Part shown: in pieces, positions 36,962 through 46,908 of the stretch | Layout of the letters: every line of letters begins with the position of its first letter | Position numbering within the stretch: the stretch's first letter is position 1 | Assembly (NCBI RefSeq): GCF_001194135.2 | Contig: NC_068984.1 | Coordinates: forward strand, 64,350,210 to 64,397,117 | Direction: 5' to 3' | Source: Octopus bimaculoides | Lineage: Eukaryota | Length of the DNA: 46,908 nt | Translations under genes and position numbers: made by a program | Notes under the pieces: generated by a model | The model's database searches: none | What the model saw: only the letters and a program-made list of their open reading frames with translations | What the model was told of the DNA's origin: nothing

Positions 36962-38923
36962 CAGTGGTTATTAACCTTTCCACTATCACGCTCCCCCTAG
37001 GAATTTGTCCTTCTCTCCACGCCCCCTTGCATCTATGAATAAAATTTCCTCCCAGATCTTAAATAAAATCTAAAGTATGTTCTGTCTTTTTATTGAATAT
37101 GAATTAGTCACCTAATACAAACTATATATAATTTTATATATAATCACAATATACAAAAAGTGAGATATTTGACATTGCTTCTTGGCAAAAAAAGTTTTTT
37201 TTTATTGAATATGAATTAGTCACATACTTAGCTACAAAATCTTAAATGCGTGGTTGAATGCCAGAGAGCGCACAACGTAAGTCCCTTTCAGCGTTCAGCA
37301 TGTTTCTGTACTTTGTCTTGACAGCAAGGAACGCAGAAAATGCAGCTTCACAAAGATACGTGGATCCAAACAGCTAAAGTCCGAAGAGCCTGATGTGAGA
37401 TCAGAGGGTAAACAGGAAGGTACCTGATCCAGTTCTTTGAAGTCTTCTTTAGCTAGTGAGTTGAACTCCAGCTCAAGAAACTCCTTTTGTACTTCATCTA
37501 AAACATCAGTAACTTCACACTGAAAAAGGTTCCTAATGAATTCCCAAGCTTCACGCTTTTCATCTATATATGGGAAGTGTCTGATGAATTCTGTTTTCAA
37601 GTCAGTTAGATGAGTTATTATTTGTTTCTTTAATTCAGAATCAAGGTTACCGGGAATGAAAGCAGAATCCAAGTAATAAAACTGGCTGTATTTCCCTGCT
37701 GAATTCGACATTTCCAGTTTGGCCATGAAGGTTCGAATAGTGTCGTGCTTCTTTTGATGTTGATGTTTTTCCCTTGTAGTTTAAGGCCGAGAGAATTCAA
37801 CACTTCGAAGATGTCCACCAGGTAAGCTAGAGATAGCTGAAAGCCTTCTGACTGGAACTTGTCATGGAGATTTACTTTCTGCTGCAAATCTAGAAATATT
37901 GCTACTTTTTGTACTTCGTGAAGCCGTCCAAGCATATTCTGTTTTTAATAGCCATCGTACGTTCGTGTGAAAAAGCAATGCTTCATGCTCAGATTCCATA
38001 TTTTTACACAACAGTTTAAAAAGACGACTGTTTAAGGCTCCACCTTTAACAAAGTTGACAACCTTGATAGCCACGATCAGGACATTTCTCATCTCAGTAG
38101 GTAAGCTTCTGGACGTTAAGGCTTCATGATGAAGTATGCAGTGTCTAGCTAAAACAGATGGATTTTTGTTTCTTCCACCTTAGTAATGTATCTAGACTGC
38201 AGATCAAGCATGGATGGAGCTCCATCAGTGCACGCCACTACCAGTGAATTCCACAATAGGTGGTTTCCAGGAGAGAAGTTTGATACATCACGAAAAATAG
38301 CTGCAGCTGTTCTACAACTATCCATAGGGTGAAACAACACTTCTTCTTTACACAATTGCCTGACACAAAACGAGCATATACCAGAAGCTGAGAACACTGA
38401 ACGATGTCAGTCGTTTCGTCACACTGGCTGGTAAAAATAGGAGAATCTCTTACTTGAACGAGAATTTGATCTTTGATGTCTTCAGACAAGTCGTCGATTT
38501 TTCATTTGACTATATTGTTTGATAGTGAAATCTGGGAAAGCCTGTTTGCGCTATCTTTCCCCAGAACTATTTCTGCTTCACGGAATAAACTTGGTTTTAC
38601 GAGAGACTCTCCTATGTTATGGCTCTTCTTGCTCTTTGCATTCAAAATGGCAATATCATAGGAAGCCTCAACAACCATTGGAGTTTGTTGCCGAAATGCC
38701 CCATTACTTAGCTTGCTTCAAATAATGTTTTTCGTTTCAAAGAATGCCTTAGACTTGTCTGCGAGAGCAGGATATGTCGTCTTCAAGTGTCGTTCCAAAC
38801 GTGAGGGTTGCATTTCATCACTGCTCAAAGTTTTGTAACATGTCACACACTGGGGGACTTCTGTGTCACCCGTTTTGAGGGACACGAATCCAAATCGGAT
38901 ATATTCGTCAAGTTACTTCCGTT
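36962..38923 (-). mobile_element. Decayed hAT transposon (Buster/Charlie/ZBED5-like), 5' truncated, one TIR kept
   Basis: BED finger QCVTC..RH..H; QCDETTDIVQCSQLLVYARF; ACTDGAPSML; VVNFVKGGALNSRLFKLLC..HEALLFHTNVRWL; HLTDLKTEFIRHFP; TIR cagtggttattaacctttc at 36962 after ttctaaat. Confidence 0.93.
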
Positions 38924-39042
38924 ACTGAGTACTGGTATCGATTTGTTCGCCTAAATACTTCAAAATAATTCCCCAGCATTGTTTCAGTCTAATGATTGCA
39001 ACAAATATAAATAAAATATATATATGTTTATGTATGTGTGTA

Positions 39043-39092
<50 letters not shown>

Positions 39093-40599
39093 CACACACA
39101 TATATATATATATGCACGTATGTATTTGTGTGTGTGTATATATATATGTGTATATATATGTGTGTGTCTGTGCATATATTCGTTTTGGCGTGTATATAGA
39201 GAGACATATTAAATTATATATCTATCTCTACACATTACACACACACACACACACACACACATANNNNNNNNNNCATATATATATATATATATATATATAA
39301 ATTCAGTTATGTAGACAGATTAATCCATAAGCGATTTAACAATTTAAACTAAAACTAGAATTCATAAAAATCCAACAAAACAACGTATCCGCCTCTGCGT
39401 TGTCGTCTGACATACTAAAAATCACTGCCAAAACACCATTCAGCAATACGGTGCACTAACTAAATGACGAAATGATTTAGCGTCACGGTTAAAATGCATT
39501 TGGCATTTCATTCCACTCCACTGGGTTGGCGATCATGTCTTCCCATTCAATGATGATTCGGGGCTAAGAAACAATCATAACATAAATTATTGATTCGAGC
39601 CTTACATTCTGAACTTGCGTTTGAAACCCGAGGGGAGACATTTTTTCAAGATCATATAAATTTAAATGCGCGCATGTCTATGTGCCTGCCTGTGTTATGT
39701 TGTTCATATGCATATTTACTTTTGTTTGATTGATGTGTTTATGTCGTATTTGATTTTTGCCAAACGATGTTGTGTTTCGAACATTTATCTTTTCGAGAAG
39801 CAAACTTTGAAAAAGATAAAGGAGATATCCGCAATGCTAAATTCACAAACAGACGTATCTGTAAAAACTCTTGCCAAAATCTGTTGGGAGAGAGAAGAAA
39901 AGAGAGAGAATCAAAATAAGAAAAGAGAAAGAGAGAAACCTAAGATGGAGAAGGGGAAAGAGAAATATACAAAGACAGCGACAGAGAGAGAGAGAGAGAG
40001 AGAGTATACGCACGTGTATATATCTATGTACGTGTGTAACTGCATGTGTGTATATATGTGTATGCTTGTAATTCTGAATGTGCGTGAAAGAGAAATCATA
40101 ATAAAAGAAAGGAAAAAGAAGCTGCACAGGGAAGAGAATGTGCGTCAGTGAATGTTTCATCTGTGAATGCGTGCGCATGCATATGTCTGTATATTTTGTG
40201 TACGTTTAAGAGGGGCCAAAATGGTATAGAGAAAGAAGAAAGTTGGAATAAGAGTGGGGGAGAGCTAGCAATATCTAAGAAATAGGACATCCGGTTTTAA
40301 AAGATTAGTCGGCGTTTTAACGTATTAAATGCAATAGCCAAGGCATAAGCCTCGACACGTGCTGCAAGACTAGATGGGATTAAATTGCAATTTACGAAAT
40401 ATCACGAAGATTTTCTTTTTACATCATGAAACTTCTTTGGTTTGATTAGAACATGTAAGTATACTTTACACCACCACAACAACCAGCCCACATATTCTCT
40501 AAATTATGGAAGGGATATACGTTAAATTTATTTCTGATGTGCAGCTAAAATCTATATCTAACCTCAGTATTCCCATCTTGATAGCATCTCTGTACATAT

Positions 40600-41360
40600 A
40601 CGCTAGTAAAGTCCATGTAACCAACAAAGTATGAACATTTACCAAATCATTTGATCAAAAGGAAATAGCAACCAATTTAAACTCAAATGGAACTCTAACT
40701 GCTGTTTCAAAAACAGGGATCCATTTTACAATATTGTCGTGGCTTGAATGCATTTGGTAATTGAATGCATTTGGTCAATCGGTCCTAGCGCGTGGCTAAC
40801 AACAACAATTATTTGAAAATGCTCTAACTTCTTAATACCTTGTTTCTAGTCCATACGTGCCAAAGTAATGCTTTGACATGAAAGGAAAAATGTTACTCAA
40901 TAAAGGAATGCAACTGATCTCTCTAGTATACGACCTTGTTTCAGACTTTAGCAGCAAGTGGTATTTTATAGATCTAGTAAAATAAGGTTAGTATTCCGTG
41001 AAAACGGAAACCTGAAATTTAAGGCATAGCTTATATTTGAAACAATCAGAAATTTATTGGCCTCTTGCTGTTGTCCTTATTCATAGTTATCTGAATTCAA
41101 CGCTGTTGGTACTGGTATAGATATATTAATCAGTATCATCAATCATAATTTCCAATGGAATACATTGGGAAATATGTTGTCTAATGAGGCAGAAGCACAT
41201 GCGCACAAAAGTTCTCATATCTCCAGACGATCAAGCAAAATTGTTTCATTTTTAATGGCATGTCAGTTCTGGAGAATTATTGATTCTTGAGATTATCTCT
41301 TCCGTTCATTTGGAGTTGGTCCCTGTCACCAGCGAGCGATTGTTTTACCTTCTCTGAAAG
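40600..41360 (-). mobile_element. Heavily decayed CR1-like RT fragment
   Basis: NKFL..SN...FS..TNLILL and RVPFEFKLVAISF*SNDL (~GVPQGSVLGP.LF..INDL) on the minus strand, with multiple stops. Confidence 0.45.
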
Positions 41361-41370
41361 TGAATATTTT

Positions 41371-41570
41371 CTTTTATTCTTTTACTTGTTTCAGTCATTT
41401 GACTGCAGCGATGCTGGAGCACCGACTTGAGGGGTTTTTGTCGAACAAATCGACCCCAGTACTTATTCTATCAGTCTCTTATGCTGAACTGCTACGGTTA
41501 CGGAGATGTAAACACACCAACACCGTCAAGCGGTGATGGGGAGACAAACACAGACAAAAAGACACACACA
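41371..41570 (-). mobile_element. SINE family C, 3' module
   Basis: tttacttgtttcagtcatttgactgcagcgatgctggagcacc...gtcaagcggtgatggggagacaaacacagac. Confidence 0.88.
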
Positions 41571-41729
41571 TTGATGTTACAAATTCTTTTGTTTTAATTT
41601 TTTAGAACGTTTTGCTCCAAGCCTTCTGACTTGGGCTAGCGTTCTAACTTGGCCCTTGAAATTACCTTACACGTGCCTTATCCATTGTTCACATGTTTGT
41701 GTTGTCCATTTCACATCAAATAATTCGCA

Positions 41730-42543
41730 ATGAGTGCAAAGAAACGGAAGTAACTTGACGAATATATCCGATTTGGATTCGTATCCCTCCAAACGGGTGA
41801 CACAGAAGTCCCCTAGTGAGAGATATGTTGCAAGACTTTGACCAGTGATGAAACTTTGACCAGTGATGAAACTTTGACCAGTGATGAAACTTTGACCAGT
41901 GATGAAATGCAACCCTCATGTCTGGGACGACACTTGAAGACGACACATCCTGCTCTCGCAGACAAGCCCAAGGCATTCATTGAAACGAAAAACATTCTTT
42001 GAAGCAAGCTAAGTAGTAGGGCATTTCGGCAACAAACTTCAATGGTTGTTGAGGCTTCCTATGAGATTGCCATGTTGAATGCAAAGAGCAAGAGCCATAA
42101 CATAGGAGAGTCTCTCGTAAAATCAAGTTTACTCCGTGAAGCAGAACTAATTCTGGGGAAAGATAGCGCAAACAAGCTTTCCCATATTTCACCATCAAAC
42201 AATACAGTCAAATGAAATATCGACGACTTGTCTGAAGACATCAAAGATCAAATTCTCGATCAAGTAAGAGATTCTCCTGTTTTTACCATCCAGTGTAACG
42301 AAACGACTGACATCGTTCAGTGTTCTCAGCTTCTGATATATGCTTGTTTTGTGCCAGGCAATTGTGTAAAGAAGAAGTGTTGTTTCACCCTATGGATAGT
42401 TGTAGAACAGCAGCAGCTATTTTTCGTGATTTATCAAACTTATTTCAGGGAAACCAGCTTTCGTGGTAGTCGCTCCTAGGGATGTGCACTGATGGAGTTC
42501 CATCTATGCTTGGTCTGTAGTCTAGATTCATTACTAAGGTGGA
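41730..42543 (+). mobile_element. Second, inverted copy of the same hAT transposase (N-terminal part)
   Basis: atgagtgcaaagaaacggaag start; 41743-42543 aligns with the reverse complement of 38174-38923; SEDIKDQILDQVRDSPVFTIQCNETTDIVQCSQLL. Confidence 0.93.
41835..41906 (+). repeat. 18-bp tandem repeat x4 (actttgaccagtgatgaa) in the BED-finger coding region
   Basis: Four perfect units; a single unit in the other hAT copy. Confidence 0.97.
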
Positions 42544-42625
42544 TTCGAATCATACCATCTATGGACTGCTCTATTTTGCATGAAATTTCAAGCCTTTATA
42601 AAAAGGTTGTAATACTTACATAATG

Positions 42626-42830
42626 TAAGGTGAGCTGGCAGAATCGTTAGTGCGCCGGGCAAAATTGTTAGTGGTATTTCTCCTGTGTTCTGAGTTCAAA
42701 TTTCGCGGAAGTCAACTTAACTTTTCAACCTTTCAGGAACGATAAAATAAATACCAGCTGATTACTATAGTCGATGTAATCGTCACACGCCCACTCCCGA
42801 AATCACTAGACTTGTACCAAACTTTGATAT
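42626..42830 (+). mobile_element. SINE family B, decayed
   Basis: ggtgagctggcagaatcgttagtgcgccgggcaaaa...gagttcaaatt...gataaaataaatacc. Confidence 0.8.
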
Positions 42831-42898
42831 CAATATTTACAAATCATATTCTAATGCACACACACACACACATATACGTACTCACATACATACATATA

Positions 42899-43312
42899 TC
42901 AAGTCATCCCATAATTTCTGTCCGAATTTTGAATAAAGAAAACAAGTGATCAAATGTTATATTTGATTGAAAATTAATCATCAATGTACATTGCCTGATC
43001 ATCTATAACTTCCTTCCATCTATTTACAAGCTTTTTAATTCCATCAATGTAACACTTCTGGTTTCAAAGCGAAGAACTCTGAAATGTCAGTTTCGACCTC
43101 CTCCTGGCTTGCGAAAGTTATGTCTCCCAAATGATTCTGTAAACTACGAAACTAATGGTAGTCTGAAAGAGCAAATTCAGGAGAATAAGGTGGATGAGGA
43201 ATTTTTTTTCCCCAACCAAGCTCTTCGATCTTCTGTGATGTGATCTTTGCAGTTTGGGATCGCGCATTGTCCTGATGAAGCATCACTGCTTTTCGATTCA
43301 CTAAAGTGGGTC
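42899..43312 (-). mobile_element. 3' fragment of a mariner with TIR (different family from the 16253 element)
   Basis: Minus LHQDNARSQTAKITSQKIEELGW..IPHPPYSPEFALSDYH*FRSLQNHL; TIR-like tcaagtcatcccataatttctgtccgaattt after TA (42897-42898). Confidence 0.9.
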
Positions 43313-43384
43313 TTTTTTATAAACGATACATATGTTCATATATGCATATATATACATGCATGCATATATTTGCATATAGGTGTG

Positions 43385-43665
43385 GGTAAATTCACCAACA
43401 CCAGTTGTCAAGCCATCGAGTGGGAAACACATACACAAAACAAACAGACTAGTTTTATACATAGAGAGAGAGAGAGTGAGTGAGAGAGAGAGTGAGAGAG
43501 AGAGAGATGACAGGCTTCTTTCTGTTTTTGTCTGCCAGATTCACTCACAAGGCATTGGTCAGCCCAAGGTTACAGTAGAAGACACTTGCTCAAAGTGCCA
43601 CGCTGTGGGACTGAACCCGGAACCAAGTCGAAGGGAAGCCTCCTTCTAACCATACAGCAACACCT
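43385..43665 (-). mobile_element. SINE family C, decayed, internal microsatellite replaced by (GA)n
   Basis: cttctttctgtttttgtctgccagattcactcacaaggc...gacacttgctcaaagtgccacgctgtgggactgaaccc. Confidence 0.8.
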
Positions 43666-43744
43666 GTGATTATGCATAGTCACCTTTCAGTTGTGACTAG
43701 CGCTTATTTTCGACTGAATGCACTGCAGCATCTTTTTTTCCTTC

Positions 43745-44144
43745 TTCTTTTCTACTTGAGGTACAAGGCCCGAAATTTTGGGGGATGGGACCAGTCGATT
43801 AGATTGACCCCAGTACGCAGCTGGTACTTAATTTATCGACCCCGAAACAATGAAAGACAAAGTCGACCGCAGAAAAATTTGAACTCCGAACGTAAAGAGA
43901 GACGAAATACCTATTTCTTTACTGCCCACAAGGGGTTATACACAGAGGGGACAAACAAGGACAGACAAACGGATTAAGTCGATTATATCGACCCCAGTGC
44001 GTAACTGGTACTTAATTTATTGACCCCGAAAGAATGGAAGACAAAGTCGACCGCAGAAAAATTTGAACTCCGAACGTAAAGAGAGACGAAATACTGCTAA
44101 GCATTTCGCCTGGCGAGCTAATGTTTCTGCCAGCTCGCCACCTT
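43745..44144 (-). mobile_element. Dimeric SINE family B (head, body, tail 2, body, tail 1)
   Basis: Body repeated at a 184-bp offset; 49 bp identical (43862-43910 = 44046-44094). Confidence 0.88.
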
Positions 44145-44603
44145 AATGTACTAGCGCATCGTGAATTAAGATTCGTTGCTGTAAAACATAATGCGCTGTC
44201 CATTTCGAAGAATCAAACCCATGCCCTGACGATTCAAACTACTAAACTACGTAGCTTTATGTTAAACATGATGCACTGTACTAATTAGAACTATAAGTAT
44301 CTTTAGATTGCTATTGATTAATTTTCCTATCCGAGCTGATGGATTACAGAGTATAATTTTATTTTCAACAATTACTTTTTATTTTAATTCGAGTATTATC
44401 TGAATGTTCTAACTGTGTCTTCTGTATCTTGATTAAAATCATCTCTTCTGGATAAAGAGAGACGACTGATTGTCTGTTCATTCAGATGTTGATGGTATTT
44501 TTAATATGTATTCGATATCATTTCGACATCTGTTGGATTTTCAGCTTCGTACATCAGGTAAATTCGGTTACCGGTGAAAATATTCGTATGATTGCGGTGT
44601 GTC

Positions 44604-44679
<76 letters not shown>

Positions 44680-44857
44680 TGCGTGTATATGTGTGTGTGA
44701 ATTTGTGTTGCAAGATTCCTGATGTCAAGCCGTATGTTGAAACAGATATTGTATTTCGGGGCGGTCATATTTTTTTCTTTTTTTGCCAAATAAACATACG
44801 TACTATATATTCGTTCTTCACTCGTTTATTACTGTCCTTATTCTAACTCATGTCCAT

Positions 44858-44902
44858 TGTCCGGAAATCTTTCGTCACACATCTGTGACTTCCTCAGCGA
44901 CA
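44858..44902 (-). ncRNA. Candidate minimal type I hammerhead ribozyme (Penelope/retrozyme-type)
   Basis: Minus strand: UGUCG-CUGAGGA-A-GUCACA[GAUG]UGUGAC-GAAA-GAUU-UC-CGGACA; intact core, perfect 6-bp helix II, 5-bp helix I with one bulge; aataaa ~30 nt downstream. Confidence 0.6.
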
Positions 44903-44995
44903 CTTTCCGTCGTCGTGTGTGCTCTTGATCTGCATATTCCGTTCTGAAGTTCCTCGGTTATCATTGCTGTTATCATTTCTAAATTTGCTTTAAGC

Positions 44996-45204
44996 TAGTC
45001 GTTCTCAACCGGGGTCCATATGATCCTGGGAGAGCCAACTGGTTATACTTTTACAATACACAAAAATATTTCATGCAATTCCTAATAATACTTAATTATA
45101 AAATATATAATAATATTTCTTAAAAGATTAAATTGCAATGGGGTCCTGCAGAGTAAAATAAGAAGGAAAGGGATCCATAGGCAAAAAATGGTTGAGAACC
45201 GCTG
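44996..45204. mobile_element. hAT MITE
   Basis: TIRs tagtcgttctcaacc / ggttgagaaccgctg; 8-bp TSD-like ctttaagc / ctttaaaa (6 of 8). Confidence 0.85.
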
Positions 45205-45260
45205 CTTTAAAATAACTTTATTTTGCGATATGCACGCATTAATATTATACGGTATTAATG

Positions 45261-45475
45261 AAGGCGGTGAGCTGGCAGAATTGTTAGCACGCAGGACAAG
45301 ATGTGTAGCGGTATTTCATTCGTTTCTAGGTCCTGAGTTCAAATTCCGCCGAGTTTCCCCTTCAACCTATATCGGTGTCAGTAAAATAAGTACTATATGC
45401 CTACTGAGCTCGATATAATCGACTCGACACCTCCCCAAAGAAAACTGCTGGCCTTGGGTCAAAATTGAAACTAAT
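45261..45475 (+). mobile_element. SINE family B, decayed
   Basis: aaggcggtgagctggcagaattgttagcacg...gagttcaaattccgccgag...aaaataagtact. Confidence 0.8.
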
Positions 45476-45893
45476 ATTACATCTGTAATTTAAATCGCTG
45501 GCTACTATTTCCTAATCATCGTCAGCCAAATGTAAAGCATCATTAGTTACCTCCAACTTTATCTTTTAATGTTTAAGTGTTTCAGTCTTTGGACGATGGC
45601 CACGTTGAAGAAATGCCGTGAAGAGTTTAGTTAAGGAAATTGACACCAGTTCTTATTTTTAAAACTTCAGCACTTTATTTTATGCTACTAGACACTATTT
45701 GTCGAACCGCTACTTTTTGGGTAGACAAACAGGAACAAAAACACATACATACACACAAACACACACACTCATCACATATAAAAATACACATATACACATC
45801 TATATACAAATTTATATACATATACATATGCAATACATATATACAATATATATATATGTATATACAAAATATATATACATACATGCATGTAAA

Positions 45894-45926
<33 letters not shown>

Positions 45927-46036
45927 NNNNNNNNNNNNNNNNNNNNNNNNNNNNNNNNNNNNNNNNNNNNNNNNNNNNNNNNNNNNNNNNNNNNNNNNNN
46001 NNNNNNNNNNNNNNNNNNNNNNNNNNNNNNNNNNNN

Positions 46037-46390
46037 TTACTCTTTTACTTGTTTCAGTCATTTAACTGCGGCCATGCTGGAGCACCGCCTTTAGTCGAGC
46101 AAATCGACCCCGGGACTTATTATTTGTAAACCTGGTACTTATTCTATCGATCTCTTAGGCCGAACCGCTATATGACGGAGACATAACCACACCAGCATTG
46201 GTTGTCAAGCAATGCTAGGGGGGGACAAACACGGACACACAAACACACACACACATATACATATATATACGACGGGCTTCTTTCAGTTTCCGTCTACCAG
46301 ATCCACTCACAAGGCTTTGGTCGGCCCGAGGCTATAGTAGAAGACACTTGCCCAAGATGCCACGCAGTGGGACTGAACCCGGAACCATGT
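46037..46390 (-). mobile_element. SINE family C, outer head missing at an AT microsatellite
   Basis: Collinear with the 25352 copy up to gaacccggaaccatgt. Confidence 0.92.
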
Positions 46391-46533
46391 TATATATATA
46401 CAATATATATATAATAAATATATATATACATATATATCATATATATATATATACATATATATCATATCATCATCATCATCTTCGTTTAACGTCCGCTTTC
46501 CATGCTACAATATATATATATTTATCTATAAAT

Positions 46534-46585
<52 letters not shown>

Positions 46586-46795
46586 TATAATATATTTATA
46601 TACAATATATATATATATGTATATATATAATATATATATACATGTATATAATATACTATATATACATATATATAATATATATATACATATATATAACATA
46701 TATACATATATATATAATATATATACATATATATAATATATATACATATATATATATATAATATATATACATATAATATATACATATATATATGA
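46391..46795. repeat. Degenerate (TA)n / tatatatacata-tatataa low-complexity array
   Basis: Almost pure A/T with periodic C; source of the YI-repeat ORFs. Confidence 0.95.
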
Positions 46796-46908
46796 AAGGG
46801 CTGATAGAAAGAAGGAAAGAATAAAAGAATAGAGTCGTACAAGATCTAGATCAATATATACTAACATATAACGTTATATATGTATAACTATATATATTGT
46901 ATATATAT

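Noticed and set aside
41835-41906. CRISPR-like array
   Set aside because: Pure tandem repeat with no spacers, in a eukaryotic transposon.
43268-43295. CTGATGA plus small hairpin as a hammerhead
   Set aside because: No GAAA or helix I; it is the antisense of mariner HQDN codons.
1642-46867. Long ORFs rich in YI/HT/CV/X (e.g. 6777-7301, 9008-10007, 22365-23624, 31426-32487, 46522-46867)
   Set aside because: They are translations of dinucleotide or tetranucleotide microsatellites and N gaps, not proteins.

Overview
AT-rich, microsatellite-dense, gapped (about 4.5 kb of N in 9 gaps) eukaryotic DNA. Its SINE families and (CA)n/(TA)n/(TATG)n/(TAGA)n load resemble an octopus/cephalopod genome; the taxon is an inference. 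I find no intact host protein-coding gene, rRNA, true tRNA or CRISPR array. Almost all long ORFs in the track are microsatellite or N-run artefacts. The window is a transposon graveyard. It holds three tRNA-derived SINE families (many copies), a 5'-truncated R4/Dong LINE inserted in an (AAT)n tract, and decayed APE-RT LINEs. It also holds a Penelope GIY-YIG relic, two mariner relics, pogo/mariner/hAT MITEs, and two inverted Buster/ZBED5-type hAT copies. Three observations stand out. (1) A decayed RAG1/Transib-type transposase (about 21311-21900, minus) keeps H-x4-H, the catalytic Glu and a C-terminal CCHC-like tail, next to a CACAGT terminus. (2) A near-intact minimal type I hammerhead ribozyme motif lies at 44858-44902 (minus), with three further decayed hammerhead-like motifs elsewhere. 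(3) One of those motifs appears to be the tail of a tRNA-headed element split by the Dong insertion. All assignments come from manual translation or folding and motif recall; no database searches were run.
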